DNA from: an uncultured Myxococcales bacterium
Lineage (GTDB): Bacteria > Myxococcota > UBA4151
DNA: 64,000 bases
Direction: 5' to 3'
NCBI GenBank assembly: GCA_964013405.1
Contig: CAXGWI010000005.1
Span: 10,792-74,791, forward strand
Positions 49,484-58,648 of this stretch are shown here, in pieces; the first letter of the stretch is position 1; each line of letters opens with the position of its first letter. The translations under genes and the position numbers were made by a program. Below the pieces are notes generated by a model. That model had not been told where the DNA came from and ran no database searches. It saw only the letters and a program-made list of their open reading frames with translations.

Positions 49484-51853
49484 CTAGACCAGATTCTGCG
49501 TTGTTTGGGTTAACACTTTGAGTTTCGGTTCCAGCTGGGCGTAGACTTGATGGATCTGGTGGATTTCCCCGTGCACATCGACTCGGCCCGCTCTCCCCGC
49601 TTGCTCAAGGAGTTTCGCAAGTTCCGAGAATCGAAGGGCGCCGACCTGGGCAGAAGAGCTCTTGAGGCGGTGGGCCAGGCCCCAGAGTTGCTCTGCGTCT
49701 TCTTCTGAAACCGCTTCGTCAAGTTCCGCAAGGAGACCTGGTGTTTGGGCCAGATAGGTTTCGATGAGGGTGGAGAAGACATGGCCTAGCGTGTCCCGTT
49801 GGTAAGCCAGTTGCTCCTCGTCGAGCTCACTTTCCAGCGCATTTGGAACGGCCGGTGAGCTGGGATCTCCAAGGGGCGCTTTGCCGGTGATCCCTTGGAT
49901 GATTTGGTGCAGGTCAGCTTGTCTCACAGGCTTGGCGAGGTAGTCATCCATTCCGGCTGCGAGGCAGTCGGACTTTGTGCCGGGCATGACGTTGGCCGTC
50001 AGGGCAATGATTGGGCAGGCGCCCCGCCCGCTGTCCCGTTCCCATTGGCGAATCTCTTCGGTGGCGTGGAGGCCGTCCAAGATGGGCATATGGAGATCCA
50101 TCAGGACGAGGTCGTAGGTTTCCGACTTCAGCGCGCGGACCGCTTGTTCCCCGTCGGAAAGAACGCTGCAACGCTCGCCAAGGTTCTCGATCATGGCTTG
50201 GACGACCACCTGATTGACCGGGTCGTCTTCGACCACAAGAACATGGATGCCCAACGGTGCAGAGTCAGCCTCGGGAGGGACCGTTTGCGACGTCGGTGGT
50301 GAGCTTTCGAGATCGCTGACTTGAAAGGGAAGTTCGACCCAGAAGAGCGAGCCCCTCGTCTCTGGGCTGTCCAGGCCGATCGTACCGCCCATGAGTTCAC
50401 AGATCTCCTTCGAGATCGCAAGGCCCAGCCCTGTGCCGCCGAAGGCTCGAGTGTTGGAGTCGTCGACCTGGGAAAATCGCTCGAAGAGATGATGAGCCCT
50501 TTCCGGCCCAATGCCGATGCCTGTGTCCTCCACTTCAAAGCGAATCGTCCGTGTGGCTCCGGAGCGTTCATGGGCTTGGCAGCGTAGGACGATTCGGCCC
50601 GCTTCCGTAAACTTGATGGCATTGCCCAGGAGATTGACGAGAATCTGACGAACCCGGTCGGCGTCGGCCCGTAGCCAGGTGGCCCCCCTGAGATTTGAGT
50701 CCAATGAGAACTCGAGCCCTTTGCTGCGGGCCGTATGTCCATAGAGGTCCATGAGATCGCTGAGGAGTTCGCTGAGATCGAAACGTTCTTGCCGCAGGCG
50801 AACCGCGCCCGCTTCCACCTGACTGATGTCGAGAACATCGTCCACCAGACGCAGGAGTCGCTCGCCAGAGCGGCTGAGGAGTTGAAGGTGCTCCATCTGG
50901 CTTGGCAACAGGTGATGATTGCCGATCAACTCAGCGAGGCCAAGAATACCATTGAGAGGTGTCCTAAACTCATGGCTCATGTTGGCCAAGAATTGACTCT
51001 TGGCTCGATTCGCCGCCTGGGCCTCTGTCATCGACTTCGCCAGTTGTTGTTCGATGAGCTTTTGCTCGGTGACGTTGCTGATCACGATCAAGATTTTATC
51101 GTCGAAGGGGATGCCGTCCACTTGGATGATCAACTTGAGGGAGCCCGAGCCAACCTGCTCCACCTCCAACTCGTGGCGAGAGAAGGCTTCACGCCGGCGG
51201 ATCTTCTCCTGGAGGGTGGTCGGGAGGGAGAGGCGCTCAAGAATCTCACTCACCGGGCGCCCCCGCTCCGTCTCGAACAGCCCCTCGAACATGCGACGGA
51301 AGCCATCATTGACGAGGACGATCCGATCCGCTTGGACCACGACGAGTCCTTGGGGAACCGCACTGAGGATGCGTTGGTTCAAAGCCTCCGAGTCGGCGAG
51401 CTCATCGGAGGTCGCAGACAGGTTGGCTTCGAGGGCTCGTTGCTTTTGCCGCTCCTGGTCAATGGCCCGGAAGTAGCCTTTGAGTTTGTTGATGAGTTGG
51501 CGCTCGTCCACCGGCTTGAAGAGGTAATCGACCGCACCGAGACCGAAACCTTCCGCCACATCTTCTTCTCGCTTTGCTGCGGCGGTGAGAAAGATGATCG
51601 GTACATTGGCGTCTCGTTTGCGCTGTTTGATCATGTTGGCGGTTTCAAAGCCGTCTAGGCCCGGCATTTGAACATCGAGAATGATCACATCGACCGGCCG
51701 CTCGAGTAGGACAGCGAGGCCGGCCATGCCACTGGAGGCCTGAACGACTTCGACGCCGAGGTGCTCATCAAGCAAGGCTTCCAGGGTGAACAGGTTGTTC
51801 GGGTTATCGTCGACAATCAATACCGAGAATTGGGTCATATCGAGTTCGGTCAA
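49484..51853 (-). CDS. Soluble hybrid histidine kinase (REC-PAS-HisKA-HATPase-REC-HPt)
   Basis: MSHEFRTPLNG, NLLGNAIKFT, DTGIGI, GGTGLGLAI, two REC domains, HPt AHRLKSSS. TTG 51853 has AGGAG SD (ATG 51838 is an alternative start). Confidence 0.93.
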   Translation of the reverse strand: MTELDMTQFSVLIVDDNPNNLFTLEALLDEHLGVEVVQASSGMAGLAVLLERPVDVIILDVQMPGLDGFETANMIKQRKRDANVPIIFLTAAAKREEDVAEGFGLGAVDYLFKPVDERQLINKLKGYFRAIDQERQKQRALEANLSATSDELADSEALNQRILSAVPQGLVVVQADRIVLVNDGFRRMFEGLFETERGRPVSEILERLSLPTTLQEKIRRREAFSRHELEVEQVGSGSLKLIIQVDGIPFDDKILIVISNVTEQKLIEQQLAKSMTEAQAANRAKSQFLANMSHEFRTPLNGILGLAELIGNHHLLPSQMEHLQLLSRSGERLLRLVDDVLDISQVEAGAVRLRQERFDLSELLSDLMDLYGHTARSKGLEFSLDSNLRGATWLRADADRVRQILVNLLGNAIKFTEAGRIVLRCQAHERSGATRTIRFEVEDTGIGIGPERAHHLFERFSQVDDSNTRAFGGTGLGLAISKEICELMGGTIGLDSPETRGSLFWVELPFQVSDLESSPPTSQTVPPEADSAPLGIHVLVVEDDPVNQVVVQAMIENLGERCSVLSDGEQAVRALKSETYDLVLMDLHMPILDGLHATEEIRQWERDSGRGACPIIALTANVMPGTKSDCLAAGMDDYLAKPVRQADLHQIIQGITGKAPLGDPSSPAVPNALESELDEEQLAYQRDTLGHVFSTLIETYLAQTPGLLAELDEAVSEEDAEQLWGLAHRLKSSSAQVGALRFSELAKLLEQAGRAGRVDVHGEIHQIHQVYAQLEPKLKVLTQTTQNLV

Positions 51854-51911
51854 CGGGATCTCCTCTGTACAAACCAACGGTCTAGAGCGGGGCCCTTCAC
51901 CGGCATCGAGA

Positions 51912-53228
51912 TCATTTCAGCCACCAACCCAGTGTGACAAGGCCCGCAAGCCCGAGAAGGCCGATGAGACTCCGCAGCGTCGCCGTCTGCCGCTGCGCTC
52001 GGTCCACGGCCTGTTGATAGGGGATATTGGAGAAGCTCACCATGCCATAGAGGGGGTGAAAGCCTGGCAGGATACGTTCCAGGGCCTGCTCGATCTTCTT
52101 TTGCATCAGGAACAGGGGCGAGGCCACTGCCGCCCGCATTTCGTGGTAGTGGTCGAGGGCGAGCTGCCGGATGGCAAAGCCATGGGGACAGCGCTCGGCA
52201 CTGAAACGACTCAAGGCCTCAGCTTGGGGATGTTGGGTCAACAAATCGTCCAGGAGGTTGGCGCTCTCAAAGGCTGCGTTCATGCCTTGGCCATAAAAAG
52301 GCACCACTGCGTGGGCCGCATCGCCGATGAGAACCACCCGTTCACCATAGTGGTAAGGGCTGCATTTGATCGTGGCGAGACCGCTATGGGGGTTGCTGAA
52401 AAAGTCGTCGATCAGCGTTGGCATGAGGGGGACGGCATCGGCGAACTGCTCATCGAAAAATCGCTGCACATCAGCGGGCTCTTTGAGCCGCTCGAAACAC
52501 CAGTCGGTCTCGGACTTGAACGGTAAAAACAGGGTCACAGTGAAGCTCTTGTCCAGATTGGGCAGGGCGATGAGCATGTAGTCTTGGCGGGGCCAGATGT
52601 GGAGCCCTTTGGGGTCGATGGCGAAGTTGCCATCCGCGGCCGGCGGGATGGACAGTTCCACGTAACCTGAGTCGATCCACGTTTGGTCGTAGTTCAATTG
52701 ACTCTGTTTCATCACCTGGTCGCGAACCGCAGAAAAGGCGCCATCGGCGCCAATCACCAAACTGGAATCATGGCTCTTCCGGTCACCAGAAGGGTCTTGA
52801 AAGGTCACCCTTCCCGTCTCTGCTTCGAGGGCAACGCAGGCTTGATCGAAGTGAAATGGAACGCCCGCAGCCTCCGCTTCGTTCATGAGGAGTGCGTTGA
52901 GATCTCGACGGCTAACGCTGCGTATCGCTTGGTGCGCTTGACCGTAGGCTTGGAAGTTGAGCGCGCCCCCACGGTCATGGAGAATTCGGCCGGGCATCGG
53001 CAGGCTTTGCTCCAAGACGGTCTCTTGCAGACCCACTTTCTCAAGAGCCGTCAGCCCGCGGGTTGAAATAGCCAGATTGATGGATCGTCCGGCTGGAATA
53101 TCCACTCGCCGTAGATCCGGGCGCCGCTCCCAAACCTCGACCCGCTGGCCTCGACGGGCCAAGTAGAGGGCCATTAATGATCCGGCCAGGCCGGCACCGA
53201 CGATGTGAACGGGCGGCGAGGGGGTCAC
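51912..53228 (-). CDS. kmo: Kynurenine 3-monooxygenase
   Basis: GAGLAG, GRSINLAISTRG, GADGAFSAVR, LHIWPR, MLIALPN, GDAAHAVVPFYGQGMN. GTGA overlap with kynU. Confidence 0.94.
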   Translation of the reverse strand: MTPSPPVHIVGAGLAGSLMALYLARRGQRVEVWERRPDLRRVDIPAGRSINLAISTRGLTALEKVGLQETVLEQSLPMPGRILHDRGGALNFQAYGQAHQAIRSVSRRDLNALLMNEAEAAGVPFHFDQACVALEAETGRVTFQDPSGDRKSHDSSLVIGADGAFSAVRDQVMKQSQLNYDQTWIDSGYVELSIPPAADGNFAIDPKGLHIWPRQDYMLIALPNLDKSFTVTLFLPFKSETDWCFERLKEPADVQRFFDEQFADAVPLMPTLIDDFFSNPHSGLATIKCSPYHYGERVVLIGDAAHAVVPFYGQGMNAAFESANLLDDLLTQHPQAEALSRFSAERCPHGFAIRQLALDHYHEMRAAVASPLFLMQKKIEQALERILPGFHPLYGMVSFSNIPYQQAVDRAQRQTATLRSLIGLLGLAGLVTLGWWLK

Positions 53229-54466
53229 GAGAGCCGTTCCCGGAGAATCTCGGCCACTCGCCACAACTCATGATAGCGGTTGTAGAGGGGAGCAGGAGCC
53301 ATTCGGATCACGTCGGGATGGCGGAAATCACAGTAGACGCCAGCCCCTGCGAGGGCCTGATGGAGGCCTGGTCCGTCGCCGTGGATGCGTAGGCTGATCT
53401 GCGATCCTCGCCGATGGGCTTCTGTTGGGCTGATGATCTCCACTCGGCCGGTTGGTAATCGGTCCAGTTGGGAAAGAAAGAAGTCGGTCAGCGAGAGGCT
53501 CTTTTGTCGTAGCGCATCCATCCCCGCTTCGTCGTGGATGGCCAAGGCTGCTCGGTGGCAGGCCATGCTCATGACGGGGGCGTTTGAAAGCTGCCATGCG
53601 CCGGCACCGGCCTGGGCCTCGAAGGCGCCCATTTTAAAGCGCGTCTCCGGATGGGTGCCCCACCAACCGTGAAAGCGGGGAAGGTCGGCATTTTTGTGGC
53701 GGTCGTGGACGAAAAGACCGGCCACACCGCCCGGACCCGAGTTGAGGTATTTGTAGGAGCACCAGGCGGCGAAATCCACGCCCCAGTCGTGGAGTTGCAA
53801 GGGCACGTTGCCGGCCGCATGGGCGAGGTCAAAGCCAACCATTGCGCCGGCTTTGTGGGCTGCTTTCGCAATCCGGGCCATGTCGAAGAGTTGGCCGGTG
53901 TAATAATGGACGCCACCGATCATGACCAAGGCCACCCGGTGGCCATTGGTTTCTAGGTAGGCTTCGATCTCCGCCTCATCGACGAGGTCGCTCTCACCGC
54001 CCAAGCTAACGATGGCGTCGTCGGGGCCAAAGCCATGGAAGCGGGCCTGGCTATCGACAGCGTAGCGATCGGAAGGAAAGGCGCCAGCTTCGGTGAGAAT
54101 CTGGAACCGTTCGGCCGTCGGGCGGTAAAACGAGACCATGGCCAAATGCAGGTTATTGGTCAGCGAGCCCATCGAGACCACTTCGTGGGGCTTGGCGCCA
54201 ACGAGTCGCCCAAGGGGCTCGCAGAGATCTTCGTGATAACTGTACCAGGGGTACTTGGCCTCAAAGTGCCCCTCCACCGCGAGGCGGGCCCAATCGTCGA
54301 GCTCCTGTTCGAGGGCAGCTCGGGTGGTTCGGGGCTGAAGACCCAAGGAGTTACCGCAGAGGTAAATGGCTTCCTCGCCGGTTTTGGTCCGGGGCAAAAG
54401 GAAGCGACTCCGGAAAGAGGCGAGGGGGTCGAGACGGTCTAAGTCCAGCGCTTGAGATTCGCTCAT
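53225..54466 (-). CDS. kynU: Kynureninase
   Basis: YLCGNSLGLQP, AFPSDRY, DLAHAAGN, WCSYKYLNSGPG, GWWG, RRGSQ, PAPLYN. Confidence 0.96.
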   Translation of the reverse strand: MSESQALDLDRLDPLASFRSRFLLPRTKTGEEAIYLCGNSLGLQPRTTRAALEQELDDWARLAVEGHFEAKYPWYSYHEDLCEPLGRLVGAKPHEVVSMGSLTNNLHLAMVSFYRPTAERFQILTEAGAFPSDRYAVDSQARFHGFGPDDAIVSLGGESDLVDEAEIEAYLETNGHRVALVMIGGVHYYTGQLFDMARIAKAAHKAGAMVGFDLAHAAGNVPLQLHDWGVDFAAWCSYKYLNSGPGGVAGLFVHDRHKNADLPRFHGWWGTHPETRFKMGAFEAQAGAGAWQLSNAPVMSMACHRAALAIHDEAGMDALRQKSLSLTDFFLSQLDRLPTGRVEIISPTEAHRRGSQISLRIHGDGPGLHQALAGAGVYCDFRHPDVIRMAPAPLYNRYHELWRVAEILRERLS

Positions 54467-55275
54467 CGCTCAAGCTCCAAAGAAAAGAGAAGGGGCCTGG
54501 AAGGGGCGGCGTCACAAAGCATTCGAGGCACCTGAAGGTCCAGCAGATAAAGCCCATCGGGAATCCCCTGAGGAACGAGGGCTAATTCGGTGAGCGTGCG
54601 TTGATGGGCTGCCGCTCGCCCCCCCTTGGGAAGTTGCCAGAAAATACGGTGGTTCGGCAGGGTGCCACCATCCTCATGGCGATCGAGGCTGGGCAGATCG
54701 AGCACCAAGTGATCGACGCCCCGGGCAACGATCAATTCAATGGCCTCGTGGCTCAGGTAGGGGGCCGGTTGTTGGCCATAGTCTCGGCGGGCTTTACCCT
54801 TGTCGGGCAGTGTCCGTATCACCAGGCTTTGTACCCCTGGGAGCGTGGGCCAGTTGGCCTGGAGCGCCGCTGCGCTGACGATCCAGTCCTCGGCGGCTTC
54901 AAAACCGTTGTATGACTCGTTCCCATCGCTAAACAATTCGGTCTGCACTGACACCAATTGGCAAACGAGCAGTTGGTTCGGCGCTGCTTCGGCAATCGTC
55001 GCCTCGTTGCGGTCGAGATGGGCGGCGCTCTCGGTGTGGGTCATCGATCCGTGGGGGGTGAGTTCCAGGGTGCTGCAGTTGCAACTCCCTCCCCGGGCCG
55101 TATCACCGACGAAGCCGCCGCCCTCCACGGCTGTGAGACGGGGTTGGGGGAGGTCGTAGAAGCTGGGGTTGCGCCCGTTGAAGTCCACGGGCAGCGCCAG
55201 ATCGATACCGGCCGCCAAGTCGGCTCGATAGGTCGAGCCCTCCAGTGTGACTCGAGCTTCGATCAACTGCGGCAC
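54463..55275 (-). CDS. kynB: Cyclase-family protein, probable kynurenine formamidase
   Basis: TPHGSMTHTESAAH (variant of HxGTHxDxPxH), LDLPSLDR, TE, DAAPSRP. Located between ACMSD and kynU. Confidence 0.72.
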   Translation of the reverse strand: MPQLIEARVTLEGSTYRADLAAGIDLALPVDFNGRNPSFYDLPQPRLTAVEGGGFVGDTARGGSCNCSTLELTPHGSMTHTESAAHLDRNEATIAEAAPNQLLVCQLVSVQTELFSDGNESYNGFEAAEDWIVSAAALQANWPTLPGVQSLVIRTLPDKGKARRDYGQQPAPYLSHEAIELIVARGVDHLVLDLPSLDRHEDGGTLPNHRIFWQLPKGGRAAAHQRTLTELALVPQGIPDGLYLLDLQVPRMLCDAAPSRPLLFSLELER

Positions 55276-56321
55276 GACTCCTTGAGCCAGGCGCTATGGG
55301 CCCGACTTGCGTCCGTTTCGAAGGCTTCTCGTGCCAAGCCGAGAAACTCCAGTGCGGTCCCTGAGAGGAGGCGTTCTGCGGTATCGTAGTCTTTGATTGT
55401 GGTTTCGATGAGTTGTCCGGGGCTCAACTCCCCCAGTGGAAAGGGGTAATCCGTACCAAGGCCGATGCGCTGGGCACCAAAGGTGCTGAGCAGAAATTCG
55501 AGGGCCTTCGGGTGATGGACCAGACTATCCAGATAGACTTTGTCCAGATAGGTGCTGGGTTTGTTTTGCGTTTGGGTTTGACACAGATCAGGCCGGACTT
55601 CGAAGCCATGGTCGATGCGCCCGATCGTCACGGGAAAGCTGCCACCGCCATGGGCGAAGCAAACCTTCAACTTGGGGTAGCGGTCGTAGACGCCGCCCAT
55701 GATCATGGAGCACATTGCGAGGCTGGTCTCGGCGGGCATGCTCACCAGCCAGGGCAGCCAGTGGCGGGGCATTCGGTCTTTGCCCATCATGTCCCAGGGG
55801 TGCACGAAGACGCTGGCATTCAGCGCTTCAGCGGCCGCCCAGAACTCGTCCAGCTCCGGCTCGTCCAGATTCCATTGATTGATATGGGTGCCGATCTCAA
55901 CGCCCGCGAGCCCCAGATCCTTCATGCACCGTTCCAACTCCTTGATGGCCAGGTCTGGGGCCTGCATCGGCAGTGTGCCCAGGCCAACGAAGCGCTTGGG
56001 ATGGTCCCGACAGATCCCGGCCAGGTGATCATTCAGGATCTGACTTAGATCATGGGTGTCCTCCGGTTCTGCCCAGTAGGAAAACATGACTGGGACTGTG
56101 GAGAGGACTTGAACATCCACCCGATAATCATCGCATTCTTCCATGCGACGGCCAGGACTCCAGCAGTTGTGATCGATCTCGCGAAAGAATTGGTCGCCCA
56201 TCATCATTCGAGCGCAGCAGGGCTTATGGTGATCCAAGCGAATGAAGCCAGCGTAGCCGTAGCGATCTTCAAGGTCAGGCCAGCGCTCGGGGAGAATGTG
56301 GGTATGGAGGTCGATCTTCAT
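55263..56321 (-). CDS. nbaD: 2-amino-3-carboxymuconate-6-semialdehyde decarboxylase (ACMSD)
   Basis: IDLHTHILP, QVLSTVPVMFSYWA, FVHPWDM, WLPWLVSMPAET, FAHGGGSFP, GTDYPFPLGE. Confidence 0.93.
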   Translation of the reverse strand: MKIDLHTHILPERWPDLEDRYGYAGFIRLDHHKPCCARMMMGDQFFREIDHNCWSPGRRMEECDDYRVDVQVLSTVPVMFSYWAEPEDTHDLSQILNDHLAGICRDHPKRFVGLGTLPMQAPDLAIKELERCMKDLGLAGVEIGTHINQWNLDEPELDEFWAAAEALNASVFVHPWDMMGKDRMPRHWLPWLVSMPAETSLAMCSMIMGGVYDRYPKLKVCFAHGGGSFPVTIGRIDHGFEVRPDLCQTQTQNKPSTYLDKVYLDSLVHHPKALEFLLSTFGAQRIGLGTDYPFPLGELSPGQLIETTIKDYDTAERLLSGTALEFLGLAREAFETDASRAHSAWLKESCRS

Positions 56322-56325
56322 GGGC

Positions 56326-56838
56326 TCATCCGGGAACCTGAGCGACCGTCCCGCATTGGGAGCAGCGATGCTTTTCCGTGCTGGCGTAATAGTTTTGGAT
56401 GGCAGGAAGGAGATCCGCTGCGATGTCTTGGAGGTGAAAGGCTTCGCGGTGGAGCTTCGTATTGCAGGCTTCGCAAAACCAGAGCAGTTGATCGATCTCG
56501 TTGTCCCGGCGCTGACGTTCAACCACCAAGCCAACGGTGTTGGCGGGCCGGCGAGGGCTGTGGGGGACTCCGGCTGGAAGGAGAAGGATTTCACCCTCTC
56601 GGATCGAGATGTCCCGGAACTCGCCGTCTTCGATCACTTTGAGGACCATGTCGCCCTCGAGTTGGTAGAAAAATTCTTCCCCTGCGTTGATGTGATAGTC
56701 GGTGCGAGTGTTTGGGCCGCCGATCACCATGATGATGAATTCGTGATCAGGGTAGACTTCACAGTTTCCAACGGGCGGTTTGAGTTTGTCCCGATTGGCA
56801 TCAATCCAGCCCATGAAGTTGATCGCTGACAGTCCCAT
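56326..56838 (-). CDS. nbaC: 3-hydroxyanthranilate 3,4-dioxygenase
   Basis: LKPPVGN, GGPNTRTDYH, EEFFYQLEG, PHSPRR, GLVVER; CEAC/CSQC rubredoxin-like site. GGAGG SD. Confidence 0.96.
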   Translation of the reverse strand: MGLSAINFMGWIDANRDKLKPPVGNCEVYPDHEFIIMVIGGPNTRTDYHINAGEEFFYQLEGDMVLKVIEDGEFRDISIREGEILLLPAGVPHSPRRPANTVGLVVERQRRDNEIDQLLWFCEACNTKLHREAFHLQDIAADLLPAIQNYYASTEKHRCSQCGTVAQVPG

Positions 56839-56842
56839 GATC

Positions 56843-57619
56843 CTATGCCTCCACCGAGAAACCAACCGAGGCCAGCCCCGGGATATCGAGTTGAACCTTG
56901 TCGCCGGCCTGGAGAAAGACAGCGGCCGTTGCCGCCCCGGCCAAGACGGTTTGTCCGGCCTGAAGCCCCTCACCCCGCCTGTCGAGCATGGCACAGAGTT
57001 GCCGGAGGCTGTCGAGGGGGTGCCCATAGATCGCTGAACTCATGCCTTTGAGTTGCTCTCGCCCCCCCACATCTAAGCTCAGTTCGAGGGCGGCCAGGTC
57101 CAGCCCGGCCACCGCTTGTCCAGGGCCGAGGACGTAAGCGCAGGCGCTGGTGTTGTCGGCGACCACGTCGATGAGGGTGAACTTGAAGTCGGTAAAGCGG
57201 GAGTCGATGATCTCCATCGCTGGATGCACGGTCGCGATCGCTGCGAGCGCCTGGTTGCGGTCAACATGGCCTGAGATGTCCGTCCCGAGGGTGAAAGCGA
57301 TTTCAGGTTCAACCCGTGGATGGCAGCTGCCGGCCAGTTGGAACGCAGCACCATCCGCAAGGGTCATCGCCCCCGTCAGGTGACCATAAATCGGTTCATG
57401 GACTCCCATTTGTTCCATTTTAGCCTTCGAGGTCAGGCCCATTTTCATGCCGACGAGGGACTCGCCGCGGGCGTAGCGACGGTCCATGCTCAGCCGTTGC
57501 ACGGTGTAGGCGGTCTCGATGTCGAGGCTGGGGTGATCGGCGGTGAGCATGGGGATCGGGCAGCCTTCAAGGGCTGCTTGGTCAACGGTCTGGGCTAGGG
57601 AGGCTAAGTCCAGGGTCAC
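56843..57619 (-). CDS. nbaG: FAA-hydrolase-family 4-oxalocrotonate decarboxylase / 2-keto-4-pentenoate hydratase
   Basis: GMKMGLTSKAKMEQMGV, HPRVEPEIAF, EIIDSRF, VVADNTS. The KMGLTSxAK pattern favours the decarboxylase. Confidence 0.78.
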   Translation of the reverse strand: MTLDLASLAQTVDQAALEGCPIPMLTADHPSLDIETAYTVQRLSMDRRYARGESLVGMKMGLTSKAKMEQMGVHEPIYGHLTGAMTLADGAAFQLAGSCHPRVEPEIAFTLGTDISGHVDRNQALAAIATVHPAMEIIDSRFTDFKFTLIDVVADNTSACAYVLGPGQAVAGLDLAALELSLDVGGREQLKGMSSAIYGHPLDSLRQLCAMLDRRGEGLQAGQTVLAGAATAAVFLQAGDKVQLDIPGLASVGFSVEA

Positions 57620-58059
57620 GGGGGTGCTCCATCGAGAAAAGCCACGGCCTTCATTTCGATCCGAAGGTTCGGGTGGGGAAGTTGGTGCACAGCGACCGTG
57701 GTGCGGGTGGGACCCGTCTTTGCGTCAAAGTGCGCGTTGTAGACTCGGTTGTAGCCGGGGAAGTCAGCCATATCGACGAGAAACGAGGTTAAGTCGACGA
57801 CCTGCCCGAGGCTGCTGCCGCAACGCTCCAGGAGGATGCGCATGTTGTCGATGACAGCAGCTGTCTGCACCTCGATATCCGTATCGATACGGCCATCGGC
57901 GTGGATCGTCACCCCGGCATGACTGTTGTCCGGGCGGCGACTCGATAGACCGGACAAGAAGAGCAGGTTCCCGACCCGTCGGGCGTGGGGGTAATGGGCC
58001 AGCGCGCCGGGGCGATCGGGGAAGATGTAGGCTTCCGTCGTGGTCCCCGCTTGGTCCAT
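57616..58059 (-). CDS. nbaF: RidA-family protein, probable 2-aminomuconate deaminase
   Basis: YPHARRVGNLLFLSG, FLVDMADFPGYN, GPTRTTVAVHQLPHPNLRIEMKAVA. Fits the operon context. Confidence 0.85.
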   Translation of the reverse strand: MDQAGTTTEAYIFPDRPGALAHYPHARRVGNLLFLSGLSSRRPDNSHAGVTIHADGRIDTDIEVQTAAVIDNMRILLERCGSSLGQVVDLTSFLVDMADFPGYNRVYNAHFDAKTGPTRTTVAVHQLPHPNLRIEMKAVAFLDGAPP

Positions 58060-58114
58060 GCACCCCCCCGATCTAAGCCCTAACCGGCCGGGCCGAGTGG
58101 GACAAGCACTGAGG

Positions 58115-58648
58115 TCAGCGGGCCCTTTCAGCATCGAGTGGGACCAAATGATAGGGGCCTTCGTGCCGGACAAATTCACGGCGACAGGCCCAGGTCGCAC
58201 CGGCGGAGGGGCCGGCTAGGCCGAGCACTGGAACGCCCAGGGTCAGGAGGCCAGGCAGCATGCCCAGCCAGCGAGCGAGGAGGCTGCATTCACCGCCTCG
58301 ACGGCGGGCCGGCACCCCCGCCCCATACAGAACCCCGGAGATGCTGCCCGCGATCGCGCTCATCAAGACCAGCGCTAATTCCCGTTCCGATCGCTGACTG
58401 CGCCCCAGCATGCCCATGTTTCCCAGGCCGCTCGCCAAACCAGCGCCGATCAAGCCGCCGGCAAGGCCACCGCCGAGCATGAGGGGCGTGCCGCTCCAGA
58501 TCCCTTCAGTGATAAAGCGGTTGTCCCGCCGGACTTCCGCGATGCTCGGAAGTTTCTTGGCCTGGTCGTGCGGAGCCGAAACTGCCGTCGTTGGCGAGGC
58601 TGGCGTTGGCAAAGAAATCAGAAGCAGGAGCGCCGGTTGTGCGAACAT
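58115..58648 (-). CDS. Hypothetical glycine-zipper membrane/secreted protein
   Basis: Signal-like N-terminus, MLGGGLAGGLIGAGL, G..C....R and WAC. Start overlaps the LemA-fusion stop. Confidence 0.65.
   Translation of the reverse strand: MFAQPALLLLISLPTPASPTTAVSAPHDQAKKLPSIAEVRRDNRFITEGIWSGTPLMLGGGLAGGLIGAGLASGLGNMGMLGRSQRSERELALVLMSAIAGSISGVLYGAGVPARRRGGECSLLARWLGMLPGLLTLGVPVLGLAGPSAGATWACRREFVRHEGPYHLVPLDAERAR

Noticed and set aside
56322..56594. Apparent 91-aa N-terminal extension of ACMSD overlapping HAAO, suggesting a fusion or frameshift
   Set aside because: HAAO ends normally at 56326 and ACMSD begins at the family-typical MKIDLHTH. The extension is just an open alternative frame.
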